In this document: one piece after another, positions 29,831 through 43,835 of the stretch
Position numbering within the stretch: position 1 is the first letter of the stretch
How the letters are laid out: each line of letters opens with the position of its first letter
Origin: an uncultured beta proteobacterium
GTDB lineage: Bacteria; Pseudomonadota; Gammaproteobacteria; Burkholderiales; Burkholderiaceae_C
Assembly (NCBI GenBank): GCA_963706685.1
Contig: CAVPMY010000012.1
Span: 48,564 to 112,563 of the forward strand
Length of the DNA: 64,000 nt
Reading direction: 5' to 3'
The notes under the pieces: model-generated
Seen by the model: only the letters and a program-made list of their open reading frames with translations
Databases searched by the model: none
What the model was told of the DNA's origin: nothing
Position numbers and translations under genes: made by a program

Positions 29831-30160
29831 GAAGCGGGCCAGACCGCCGCTGGCACAAGTCCCGAAAGGGCGTGCTGGAGGAAGGTCCGGACTGCACAGA
29901 GCAGCGTAGCGGCTAACGGCCGTCCACCGCGAGGTGAGGATCAGAGCAACAGAGACGAGTCGGGGCGGGTACGCCCGCCACGGGTGAAACGGGCAATCTC
30001 TACGCGCAGCAACACCAAATAGGCCGGCATCGATGTCGCTCGCGGAGCCGGCGGGTAGGTGGCACCGAGCCGTTCAGTGATGAACGGCCCAGATGAATGG
30101 CGGTCACGGCGAGGGGTCAAAGCCTCGCTGCACAGAATCCGGCCTACCGGCCTGCTTCAC
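29831..30160 (+). ncRNA. rnpB: RNase P RNA, bacterial type A
   Basis: Conserved core GGAGGAAGGUCCGGACUGCACAGAGCAG...GCGGCUAACGGCC, AGAGCAACAGAGAC, 3' ACAGAAUCCGGCCUACCGGCC. P1 pairing of 5' GAAGCGGGCC with 3' GGCCUGCUUC. Ends approximate. Confidence 0.9.
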
Positions 30161-30309
30161 ACTTTCTTGCGCCACCCTAGATTCGGCAGCGCGGCTCAAT
30201 CGGGTGCGTAGCGCTGTCACCCGAAGAGTGCGGGTGGCCGTAGGTGCATGGGTCCGTGTCCATGCAGTGCATGCAGCGAAGCAAAGCGGTCAACTGCCGA
30301 GGCTAAGGG

Positions 30310-32487
30310 TTACTGCAGGCTGTCGATCCAGTTGGCCAGCATCTGCAGCGCCTTCTCGTCGACCAGCGAAACGCCCACAGGCGGCATGCGCACGTTGCCG
30401 TCGCTCGACGCGGCGCGCTGCCAGAGCAGGCTGTTGGCATGGTTGCCCGCAACGACGCGCGTGCCGGCGGTGCTGCCCTGGTTGCCAACGCCCACCAGCA
30501 GCGTGTCGGCCAGCGAGGTGGTGTAGCGCAAGTCCATGTTCACCGGCGTCGGGCCGCCCGGGCGGTGGCAGATCGAGCAATTGGTGTCGAGGTAGGCGCG
30601 CGCGCGCGTGCCCAGTGCCGCCGACTCGTTCGCCGGGTCGGGCATGGCGGCGAACTGACTGGCCGCGCCGATGTCCTGGCTGAACACGCCGATGTGGTTG
30701 AGCGTGCGCAGCTGGTTGTCGCTGCGGCCGGTTGCGGCATAGGTGTGGTTGCCGTTGAACTGCAGCGTGTTCAGGCCGAGCACGCGGCCGCTGGCCTGGG
30801 TGTGGCACTGCAGGCACTGCGCCGGGCTCGGGAAGTCGTAGGTCAGCGTCGTCGCCGTGTTGGTGGCCGGGTCGAGCGCCTGGTAGGTGGCGCTCGCCGC
30901 GCCGCTCAACAGGTCGGCGTCCTGCTGGTCGGCGCGCCAGCGGTAGGTGAAGCCAGCCCAGCCGTCGGTGCGGTGCACCATGACACGCGTTTCCACGCGC
31001 GTCGTGCTGCCGTCGGCCAGCGGCAGGTCGAAGTGCTTGACCGTGATCGTGCCCACCGGGAACGTCCACGGGTTGTCGGCTGCGAACTGGATGCTCTGTC
31101 CATCCGGCAGCACGAGCCAGCGCCGCTTGGCCGCGCCGTTGGACCAGAACGGCGCGTTGATGGTGTAGTCGATCATGAACGGTGCCGGCGTCAGCGCCGC
31201 GGTGTCGCTGAACAGGCCGGTGGCCGAAAGCGTGGCCGGCATCGTCGCACCGCTGCTGCCGCCGCCGCCGGTTTCCTCGAAGCGATAGACCTCGCCCTGT
31301 CCCGTCACCAGGTAGATCTCGCCATTGGGTCCCTGGCCGATGGTCTGCGGCTGCCCCTGGCCGATCGACACGGCTTCGGTGTTGTCGACGAAGTTGCCGC
31401 TGCCGTCGGTGCGCACGGCCCACAGCGCCGGCGTGTTGAAGTCCGAGTACAGGTAGCGACCCACCAAGCTCGGCAGCGCGCTGCCGCGATAGACGAAGCC
31501 GCCGATGATGGCCACGCCCGTGGCGTGGGAGTATTGATAGACCGCCGGCTCGAAGTCGCTGTACGGGCGGTTTCCGGGGTTGTCGTAGGCCAGGTCGCCC
31601 TCGAAATATGGCCAGCCGTAATTCGCGCCCTTGTTGATGCGGTTGACCTCCTCGCGGTCACTCTGGCCGACGTCGCCGCACCACAGGTTGCCGTCGGCCG
31701 TGGTCGCGGCCCGATCGAAGTTGCAGCGCCACGGATTGCGGAATCCGTAGGCCCAGACCGGACTGCCGGCGAAAGGGTTGTCCGCAGGGATGCTGAAGGT
31801 GGCGTTGCTGTTGACGCGGATGCGCAGGATCTTGCCGAACAGCGACGACGTGTCTTGCACGAGGTGCAGGTTGCCGCCGTCGCCCGTCGACAGATACAGC
31901 ATGCCGTCGGGACCAAAGGCGAGCCAGCCGCCGAAGTGGTCCTGGCTCGGGTGGTCATACTCGAGCACGGTGGTTTCCGACGCCGCAGAGGCGACGCTGC
32001 CGCCCACGCTGTTCATCGTGAAGCGTGAAACGCGCACCTTGCGTGTGCCGGTGGTGACGTAGGAGACGTAGAAGTAGCGATTGCTCGTAAAGGCCGGATC
32101 GAACGCCAGGCCCAGCATGCCGTTCTCGCCGGCGCTGTCGTCCACCTTGGCGCTGATGTCGACGACGGTGCTGGCCTGCGTCACGTTGCCGTTGATGGCG
32201 AAGACCTTGACCACGCCGTTGCGGTCGGTGCTGAAGAAGCGGTTGCTGCCATCGCCGGCCGCCACCAGGCTGGTCGCGCCGGGAAGCCTCAACCCGGGAA
32301 AGGCGTTGACCGCGCGCACCGGGCCGCTGCCGGCAGGCGCGGTCGGGATCTGCAGGCCGCTCACACCGACGCGCGCATCCAGGCCGTAATTCCCACTGCC
32401 ACTGCCACCGCCACCGCTGCTGCCCCCACCACCGCCGCAACCGGCCAGCGCCAATACAAGACTCAACGTCCCAACAAGAATTCTCAT
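30310..32487 (-). CDS. lipoprotein: PQQ-type glucose/sorbosone dehydrogenase beta-propeller fused to a C-terminal domain with two CxxCH motifs
   Basis: Intact 725-aa ORF. Lipobox LALAGC plus Gly/Ser linker. GENGMLGLAFDP, GFRNPWR, GANYGWPYFEG. C-terminal CLQCH and CSICH. Confidence 0.75.
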   Translation of the reverse strand: MRILVGTLSLVLALAGCGGGGGSSGGGGSGSGNYGLDARVGVSGLQIPTAPAGSGPVRAVNAFPGLRLPGATSLVAAGDGSNRFFSTDRNGVVKVFAINGNVTQASTVVDISAKVDDSAGENGMLGLAFDPAFTSNRYFYVSYVTTGTRKVRVSRFTMNSVGGSVASAASETTVLEYDHPSQDHFGGWLAFGPDGMLYLSTGDGGNLHLVQDTSSLFGKILRIRVNSNATFSIPADNPFAGSPVWAYGFRNPWRCNFDRAATTADGNLWCGDVGQSDREEVNRINKGANYGWPYFEGDLAYDNPGNRPYSDFEPAVYQYSHATGVAIIGGFVYRGSALPSLVGRYLYSDFNTPALWAVRTDGSGNFVDNTEAVSIGQGQPQTIGQGPNGEIYLVTGQGEVYRFEETGGGGSSGATMPATLSATGLFSDTAALTPAPFMIDYTINAPFWSNGAAKRRWLVLPDGQSIQFAADNPWTFPVGTITVKHFDLPLADGSTTRVETRVMVHRTDGWAGFTYRWRADQQDADLLSGAASATYQALDPATNTATTLTYDFPSPAQCLQCHTQASGRVLGLNTLQFNGNHTYAATGRSDNQLRTLNHIGVFSQDIGAASQFAAMPDPANESAALGTRARAYLDTNCSICHRPGGPTPVNMDLRYTTSLADTLLVGVGNQGSTAGTRVVAGNHANSLLWQRAASSDGNVRMPPVGVSLVDEKALQMLANWIDSLQ

Positions 32488-32666
32488 GTCGTCATGCTCA
32501 CAAATTTCGTTATGCCCCTTATGCCACGGTCCGGCAACTTCGCAGGTCGCAAGAGGTTACTGCAGCACGCACGACAGGGTTGAACCCCCCGAGCCGCGGG
32601 CTCTCGCAGGGGGTGGTTGTGGTGCCACGACAATGCTGTCCATGTGCCCGCTAGACAACAGCCTGC

Positions 32667-33875
32667 ATGAATCCTGACGCCGCCGCGCTGTGGCGAGGCC
32701 CGCGTTGGACGCTCGCGCTGATGCTGGCCGGCCTGGGCATGCTGGGTCCGTTTTCGATCGATACCTACTTGCCGGCCTTCGACGGCATCGCGCATACGCT
32801 CAGCGCGTCTCCGCTGCAGCTGCAGCAAACGCTGTCGGCGTACCTGTTCGGCTTCGCGGCGATGAACCTGTTTCACGGCGCGCTGGCCGACAGCTTCGGC
32901 CGCCGGCCGGTGGTCATCACGGGCCTGGCCGTATTTGCATTGGCGTCGGTGGGTTGTGCGCTGTCGCCGACCATCGGCAGCCTGATCGGCTTTCGCGCTT
33001 TGCAAGGCATGGCCGCAGGCGCGGGCATGATCGTCTCGCGCACGATCATTCGCGACATGTTCCCACCGGCCGACGCGCAGCGCGTGATGAGCCAGGTGAC
33101 GATCTACTTTGGCGTCGCACCGGCCGTGGCGCCGATGGTCGGCGGCTATCTGTTCGTGCATGCCGACTGGCACGCGATCTTCTGGTTCCTGGCCGGCGTC
33201 AGCGCGCTGCTGCTGGTGCTCAACACGCGCCTGCTGCCGGAGACGCTGCACGCCACGCAAAAGCAAGCCTTCAATGCACGCAACCTGATGCGCGGCTATG
33301 TGCAGCTCGGCGCCGACCCGCGCTTTCTCGCGCTGTGCCTGGCCAGCGGCGTGCCGTTCAACGGCATGTTCCTCTACGTGCTGTCGGCGCCGGCTTGGCT
33401 CGGTGGCCTGCTCGATCTGGCGCCGACCGAGTACTACTGGTTCTTCATGCTGACCGTGAGCGGCATCATGGGCGGCGCCTGGTTGTCGGGCCGTGTCGCC
33501 GGGCGCATCGACACGGGCAAGCAGATTCGCCGCGGCCTGAACATCATGGCGCTGGCGACGCTGGTCAACATCGCGCTCAATGCCCTGCTGCCATCGCCGC
33601 ACTGGGCCTGGGCGCTGCCGCCGGTGGCGCTGTTTGCATTCGGCTGGGCGTTGATGGTGCCGGTGGTGACGATCAAGGTGCTCGACCTGGTGCCCGAGCG
33701 GCGCGGCATGGCCTCGTCGCTGCAGGCCTTCGTCGGCAGCGTCGCCAACGGCCTCGTCGCCGGTGTGGTGTCGCCGCTGGTCATGCACTCGGCGCTGCTG
33801 TTGGCGTTGACCTCTGCGGGATTCTTGTTGGTGGGTCTGCTGGCGTGGCAGTGGGTCAAGAAACGGGTTCCTTGA
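32667..33875 (+). CDS. MFS transporter, Bcr/CflA drug-resistance subfamily
   Basis: Intact 402-aa ORF, 12 TM-like. DSFGRRPVVITG motif. Confidence 0.8.
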   Translation: MNPDAAALWRGPRWTLALMLAGLGMLGPFSIDTYLPAFDGIAHTLSASPLQLQQTLSAYLFGFAAMNLFHGALADSFGRRPVVITGLAVFALASVGCALSPTIGSLIGFRALQGMAAGAGMIVSRTIIRDMFPPADAQRVMSQVTIYFGVAPAVAPMVGGYLFVHADWHAIFWFLAGVSALLLVLNTRLLPETLHATQKQAFNARNLMRGYVQLGADPRFLALCLASGVPFNGMFLYVLSAPAWLGGLLDLAPTEYYWFFMLTVSGIMGGAWLSGRVAGRIDTGKQIRRGLNIMALATLVNIALNALLPSPHWAWALPPVALFAFGWALMVPVVTIKVLDLVPERRGMASSLQAFVGSVANGLVAGVVSPLVMHSALLLALTSAGFLLVGLLAWQWVKKRVP

Positions 33876-33973
33876 CCCCAGGCGGAGCGGGTTCGCCGCG
33901 ACGCCGCACGCTCGTCAGCAAAGTACTGGCCAAAGCGCCAATGCCTGCGTGGTCGGCACCGAGTCGGGCGCAC

Positions 33974-34954
33974 TCACTTGCAGTCGAGCGCGCGCGCCGC
34001 GCCGAGCAGAGCTGGCGCCGGCGCCGTGATCACCCACACAGGCACCGCTTCCAGGTACGAGCGAAAGCGCCCCTTGTCTTCGAATCGGCTGCGAAACGGC
34101 AGTGATTCAAAGCGCTTGCCCAGGCGTGGCACGATGCCGCCGCCGATAAAGACGCCGCCGCGTGCGCCGAGCGTGAGGGCGAGGTTGCCGGCCACCGTGC
34201 CGAGCAGCGCGGCAAAGGTAGAGACCGCTTCTTCGCACTGCAAATCATGGTTCGCTGCGTCGCGCTCGCTGCGCGCCACCACCTGCGCGGGGTCGAGTGA
34301 CTGTGCCGACTCGCCGTCGAGCCTGCACGCCGCTTCGTACAGATTGACGAGCCCCGGCCCGGACAGTGCGCGCTCGGCAGAGGCATGGCCAAAGCGCTCA
34401 CGCAAGACCGCCAGCAGCGCCGCCTCGCGCGCGTTGCCTGCGGCCAGCGTGGCGTGCCCGCCCTCGCCGGCGATCACACACCAGCCGCCCTGTCCATTGC
34501 TGACCAGGCCCGAGACACCGAGGCCCGTGCCGGGGCCGATCACGGCCAGTGCTGCGCCGGGCACTGTGGCACCGCCACCAACAGCCTGACGATCTGCGTC
34601 CGACAACACGGGCAGAGCGTGCGCAAGCGCCTCGAAATCGTTGAGTACCCGCAGGCGCTCGGCGCCCAGTTGCCGGCGCAAGGCGTCGATCGAGAACGAC
34701 CAGGGATGATTGGTCATCCTGACGACATCGCCGGTGACCGGTGTGGCGATGCCGAAGGCCACGTCGAGCGGCGTTGGCAGTGCGCGCTGCTTCAAGTAAG
34801 CCGCGATGCACTCGCCGATCGACGCATGCTCGCTCACTGCGAGCGTGCTCGCGTGCGATATCGCATCGCCGGGCGCAGCCTGCCACGCCCAACGCGCGTT
34901 GGTGCCGCCAACGTCACCCAGCAGTCTGGGGAACCTTGTTCGATGGTCCGTCAC
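33974..34954 (-). CDS. glk: glucokinase
   Basis: Intact 326-aa ORF. LLGDVGGTNARW, GPGTGLG, GGVFIGGGI. Confidence 0.85.
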   Translation of the reverse strand: MTDHRTRFPRLLGDVGGTNARWAWQAAPGDAISHASTLAVSEHASIGECIAAYLKQRALPTPLDVAFGIATPVTGDVVRMTNHPWSFSIDALRRQLGAERLRVLNDFEALAHALPVLSDADRQAVGGGATVPGAALAVIGPGTGLGVSGLVSNGQGGWCVIAGEGGHATLAAGNAREAALLAVLRERFGHASAERALSGPGLVNLYEAACRLDGESAQSLDPAQVVARSERDAANHDLQCEEAVSTFAALLGTVAGNLALTLGARGGVFIGGGIVPRLGKRFESLPFRSRFEDKGRFRSYLEAVPVWVITAPAPALLGAARALDCK

Positions 34955-34972
34955 CTGATTCTCGCGTTCGAC

Positions 34973-37177
34973 TCAGTCCGGCACGAACAGCGTGCGCTGC
35001 TCGAAGTTGATGCGCTCGCTGCTGGCCGGGCTGGCCGACCACTCCGGCACGTTGGCCATCGTGATCGCCGGCGCGCCGGCGCCGCGCGGCAGCGTGCGCA
35101 CGACCTGCGACGGCGGCAGGGCGCTGCCGTGGGTCAGGTGCGCGTGCATGGCATTCAAGGCCCGGATCAGGTAGACATGCAGCGGCACATAGCGCTCCGG
35201 GTAGCCGGGAAAGCCCAGGAAGGCATCGAAGTGCTGTGCGTTGGTCACTTCGATGTAGCTCGTCGTCGCCGCGTTGCCGTGGCGTCCGCGGCCTTCGGCC
35301 AGTTGTTGCGCGCCGTAGTAGGCCCGCGAGCTGTGGTTCACCGGGATCAACGCGTCAGATCGGCCGTGCACGATCAGCGCCGGTTTGCCGCGCAGCCTGC
35401 CGTCGAGCAACACGTCGTTGATGCTGTGGCGAACGCGCCGCGCGATTGACCCGCGGCCGGTGACCAGGTCGCGCTGGCACAACGCGCCGTCGAGCGCGAG
35501 GTCGAGCTGGCCGCTGGACGGCGACGCGGCGAACAGATCACGTTTGCCGGCGCCGGGCGTGGCGGCGTTGGCGGCGTCGTTGTAGACGAGGTTCACACCC
35601 GCGGTCGGCGGAATGCCGTTGCCGGTGGCGAAGCTTGCGAGTTGCAGTGCCGGCAGCAGTTCCACCGGGTCGCCGCTGGCGCTCGTCGCCGCAAAGCTGA
35701 AACCGCACAGGTTGTCGGCGACGCTGGCGCGCGCATAGGCGTTGCTGTAGGTCACCGCGATCGCCGGTGTTGCGAAGGCGTAGTGCGAGAGCTGCAGCGC
35801 TTCGCTGTCGGCGAGCCAGCCGTAGGTGCGAAGCTGGGCGCGCGCGTCGGCTGACTGTTCGGCCAGCGTGGCGCCGCTGATGACGCCGTTGGCGGCCAGG
35901 CCGGCGCAGCGCGCCGCCGCTTGCGACAACACGGTCGGCGTGAGCGCGGCGACGAAGAGATAGCCTGCGCTGTCCGCGGGCGCCAGCGTGGCTGCGGCGC
36001 AGGGCTGCAGCAGGTTGGCGACGCTGAAGTAGTCCATCAGCGGCTTGCCGATCGTCGGCTGTTCGACACCGCCTTGCACGATTCGCAGCCGCCTCACATC
36101 GCGCGGCTGGGCATTCGGCTCGGTCACGGCCACGCCGTCGATCAGACCGTCGCGATCCTGCTCGGCGGCAGCCAGGGCGGCGGTGGCGCCGTTTGAAATG
36201 CCCGAGGCAATGACGATCGTGTTCCTGCGGTCGAGCATGACGCGCTTGTGTCCGCGGTGGCCGCTGCTGCCGAACTGTTCGTTGAGCACGTAGAACGCCA
36301 TGCGCACCGCCTGCAGCGTGTTCCTGCCCCAATCGCTCTCGGGGTTGCGTTGCGAATGAGCGTGCTTGTAGGCAATGCGGTTCGGTGTTGCGGCATTGAA
36401 CGCGGCGCGTTCGGCGTTGCCGAGGGTGGCGGTGAAGTGCGAGGCCGCAGCCGCGGTGACGGCATCGGTGCGCGTGCCGTCGATCAGCCCGACTTGGTTG
36501 GATTCCAGGTCATGCAGACCGTTGCCGGTGCCTTTATCGGTGTAGGCCACAGCGCAGCCCTGCTTGAGCCCCCACTCGCCGGACGCGCCGATGGCGCCGT
36601 AGATGCCGCGCGAACCTGACGAGGTGGCGGTGACGATGCAGGCCCGGCCCGGGTCGAAGCTCGCCGGCACCTGCACCATCAACGTGACGTTGCGCCGGCC
36701 ACTGCCGTCGTCGGCATAGGCGATGTACTCCCAGCCCGCGATCTTGCCCTGGCCGGCGGTGATCAGGCCGGCGTTGCTGACGTTGGGGCCGTACAGCGTG
36801 CCGTAGCCGCCCGTGGGCAGGATGTCGAGCACCGCGCGGTAGTTGCCGTGGATGGCATTGCGCCGCAACTCGGCCGGCGTCGGCGCGAGGGGATTGGCGA
36901 ACGCCGGTGCGGCTGCCAGCAGGCCGGTGGCGCCGAGGCCGCCGGTCAGCAGGTCGTCGCCCGACTCGCCGCACCATGCGCCCGCCACCGGGCAGTCGCC
37001 GGCCGCGTAGTGGCGGCTCGAGATGTCGCCGCCAATGAAGCGCGGCTTGACGTTGGTGCCGCCGGAGCGGGCGGCGGCCAAGTCGTCGTTGTCGTGGGCG
37101 CTGGCCGGCGCGGACAGTGCCAAGGCGACGACGGCCAGCACAGCGAGTGCAGGATTCATGGAGACAGGGTGGAACAT
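34973..37177 (-). CDS. D-(-)-3-hydroxybutyrate oligomer hydrolase family protein, secreted
   Basis: ORF 34973..37294(-). Start placed at ATG 37177 after GGAGA. Signal peptide ...ALSAPASAH. Long family-typical sequence (TSSGSRGIYGAIG, IASGISNGA). Confidence 0.7.
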   Translation of the reverse strand: MFHPVSMNPALAVLAVVALALSAPASAHDNDDLAAARSGGTNVKPRFIGGDISSRHYAAGDCPVAGAWCGESGDDLLTGGLGATGLLAAAPAFANPLAPTPAELRRNAIHGNYRAVLDILPTGGYGTLYGPNVSNAGLITAGQGKIAGWEYIAYADDGSGRRNVTLMVQVPASFDPGRACIVTATSSGSRGIYGAIGASGEWGLKQGCAVAYTDKGTGNGLHDLESNQVGLIDGTRTDAVTAAAASHFTATLGNAERAAFNAATPNRIAYKHAHSQRNPESDWGRNTLQAVRMAFYVLNEQFGSSGHRGHKRVMLDRRNTIVIASGISNGATAALAAAEQDRDGLIDGVAVTEPNAQPRDVRRLRIVQGGVEQPTIGKPLMDYFSVANLLQPCAAATLAPADSAGYLFVAALTPTVLSQAAARCAGLAANGVISGATLAEQSADARAQLRTYGWLADSEALQLSHYAFATPAIAVTYSNAYARASVADNLCGFSFAATSASGDPVELLPALQLASFATGNGIPPTAGVNLVYNDAANAATPGAGKRDLFAASPSSGQLDLALDGALCQRDLVTGRGSIARRVRHSINDVLLDGRLRGKPALIVHGRSDALIPVNHSSRAYYGAQQLAEGRGRHGNAATTSYIEVTNAQHFDAFLGFPGYPERYVPLHVYLIRALNAMHAHLTHGSALPPSQVVRTLPRGAGAPAITMANVPEWSASPASSERINFEQRTLFVPD

Positions 37178-37374
37178 GGATTCTCCGCGGACAGTGGGAC
37201 CGATGGGACAGATCGGCTCATTGTGCAGTGCAGCGTGCCGCCGGCAGCCCCGTGGAAGCACGGGGACCCGGGGAAGGCACCGCTCGCGCCCCACAAGCTG
37301 AGCCGCCGGGCCTCGCGCCGTGCCGGTGGAAATGCCGATGACGCCGCGCAGCGAGGCAATACACTAGAGGGTTG

Positions 37375-38922
37375 ATGCCAGTCGCCGCCGTTTCTGAACC
37401 CGTCCCAGTCGATCTGCCGCAGGACTCGGCAGCCGTCGTGCAGTTGCCGGCGGGCCGCCGCGAACTCTGGCGGCCGCAGTATCACTACTCGCCGCACAAG
37501 CATTGGATGAACGACCCCAATGGCTTGATCTGTCACGACGGCGAGTTCCACCACTTCTACCAGTACAACCCGTTCGGCGCCCAGTGGGGCCACATGAGCT
37601 GGGGCCATGCGGTGAGCACGGACCTCGTCCATTGGCACGAGTTGCCGGTGGCGATTGCCGAGGACTGGCGCGTCTCGATTTTTTCGGGCAGCGTGGTCAT
37701 CGACAAGCGCAACCGGGCCGGCTTTGGCGCCGGCGCCTGGGTGGCCATCTACACCGGCTGCGTCGGCCTGCCGGTCGGCGGCCGGCAAGCGCAGGAGCTG
37801 GCCTACAGTACCGATCGCGGCCGCACCTGGACGAAGTACGAAGACAACCCCGTGCTCGACCTCGGTCTGCGCGATTTCCGCGCCCCCAAGGTCTTCTTCC
37901 ACACCCGCATCCTGCGTTGGGTCATGGTGGCCGCGCTGCCACCAGAGCGTTGCGTCGTCTTCTTCACCTCGCATGACCTGAAATGCTGGAGCGAAACCAG
38001 CCGCTTCAGCCTGCCGCTGCCGGGCGACTGGCGCAGCACCTGGGAGAGCCCCGACCTGATCGAGCTGCCGGTGCCAGGCGAGCGCAGCACGTGGATGCTC
38101 AAGATCGATCTGCTCGATCGCCTCGATCCAGGCCTGTCGGGTGGTTGTGGCACGCGCCTGTTCTTCGGCGATTTTGACGGCGAGTGCTTCACGCTCGATG
38201 CGCGCAGCACCCCTCACGGCGGCGCGTTGGCCGACCATGGTGCCGACTTCCACGCCGCGCTGTCGTGGGCGGGTCTGCCCGGCTGGCCGATCTGGATCGC
38301 GCGCATGAACAACCGCCGCTATGCGCGCCAGGTGGCCACGCGGCCGTGGCGCGGTTCGATGACACTGCCACGCGAGATCTCGCTGGCTCGAGGCGCTGAC
38401 GGCTACCTGCACCTGCGCCAGTTCCCGGTGCCGGCATTGCGAGGCTTGCGCCGCGAGCGCTTCGAACATGGCCGCATGACGCTGGCGCGCGGCAAGGGCC
38501 GCGCGCTGTTGCCCGACGAAGCCGATGGCCGCGCGCTGGAGATCCACCTCGACGGCATCGAGCCCGGCGTCGGCTGGCAACTGCACCTGCGGACCGGGGG
38601 CGAGGAGTACACGCGCGTCGGCTACTACCCGGCGCGCAGCGTTCTCTACATCGATCGTGGACGTTCGGGCCATATCCCGGGCGACGATGCCGGCTTCGTC
38701 GCGCGCAGCGAAGCGCCGTGTACGCCGCCGCGCAATCTGCGCGTCTGGGTCGATTGGGCATCGGTCGAGGTCTTTGCCGACGACGGCAGCACGGTCATCA
38801 GCGCGCAGATCTTTCCCAACGACAGCAGCCGCGGCGCCTTGCTCTACGCCGCCGGCGGCGACGCGAGTTTCGCGTCGGTCTGCGTCTGGACGCTCGACGC
38901 TGCGCGATTCACGCAGGCCTAG
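37375..38922 (+). CDS. glycoside hydrolase family 32 (beta-fructofuranosidase/levanase-like)
   Basis: Intact ORF. WMNDPNG, FSGS, FRAPKVF (RDP-box variant), WESPDL (EC-box variant). Confidence 0.8.
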   Translation: MPVAAVSEPVPVDLPQDSAAVVQLPAGRRELWRPQYHYSPHKHWMNDPNGLICHDGEFHHFYQYNPFGAQWGHMSWGHAVSTDLVHWHELPVAIAEDWRVSIFSGSVVIDKRNRAGFGAGAWVAIYTGCVGLPVGGRQAQELAYSTDRGRTWTKYEDNPVLDLGLRDFRAPKVFFHTRILRWVMVAALPPERCVVFFTSHDLKCWSETSRFSLPLPGDWRSTWESPDLIELPVPGERSTWMLKIDLLDRLDPGLSGGCGTRLFFGDFDGECFTLDARSTPHGGALADHGADFHAALSWAGLPGWPIWIARMNNRRYARQVATRPWRGSMTLPREISLARGADGYLHLRQFPVPALRGLRRERFEHGRMTLARGKGRALLPDEADGRALEIHLDGIEPGVGWQLHLRTGGEEYTRVGYYPARSVLYIDRGRSGHIPGDDAGFVARSEAPCTPPRNLRVWVDWASVEVFADDGSTVISAQIFPNDSSRGALLYAAGGDASFASVCVWTLDAARFTQA

Positions 38923-39016
38923 CGCAGTCCAACGCCATGGGCGTGGGCGTCGAACTTGCTCTGAATAAATCGATGGCTCGTTCGATATCTCGGGCCTGAC
39001 CAAAGTAGGATGCCGG

Positions 39017-41581
<2,565 letters not shown>

Positions 41582-41670
41582 ACGCCGCACTGGCCGCGCA
41601 CAGGTTCACGCTCCTGGCCGGCGATCGCCCGCAGAATCGCGGCATCGACACCACGTCCCAGCAGTAACCC

Positions 41671-43752
<2,082 letters not shown>

Positions 43753-43835
43753 GATGAAACAGCCCCCACGCTCACTCCGTTCGCTGCCCCCCGAGGGGGC
43801 GCCAGTGCGCTTGGGACGGCCCGGCACGCACTGAC
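43753..43835 (+). repeat. GC-rich 83-nt glgX-malQ spacer, possible second copy of the matB-internal element
   Basis: AGCCCCCACG...GCCCCCCGAGGGGGCGCCAGTGCGCTTGGGACGGCCCGGCACG versus 11484-11564 AGCCCCAAGG...TCCCCCAAGGGGAGCGAGTCAACTAGGGAGCGGCCCGGCGTC. Hand alignment gives about 70% identity over ~47 nt with the same order of blocks. Confidence 0.4.
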
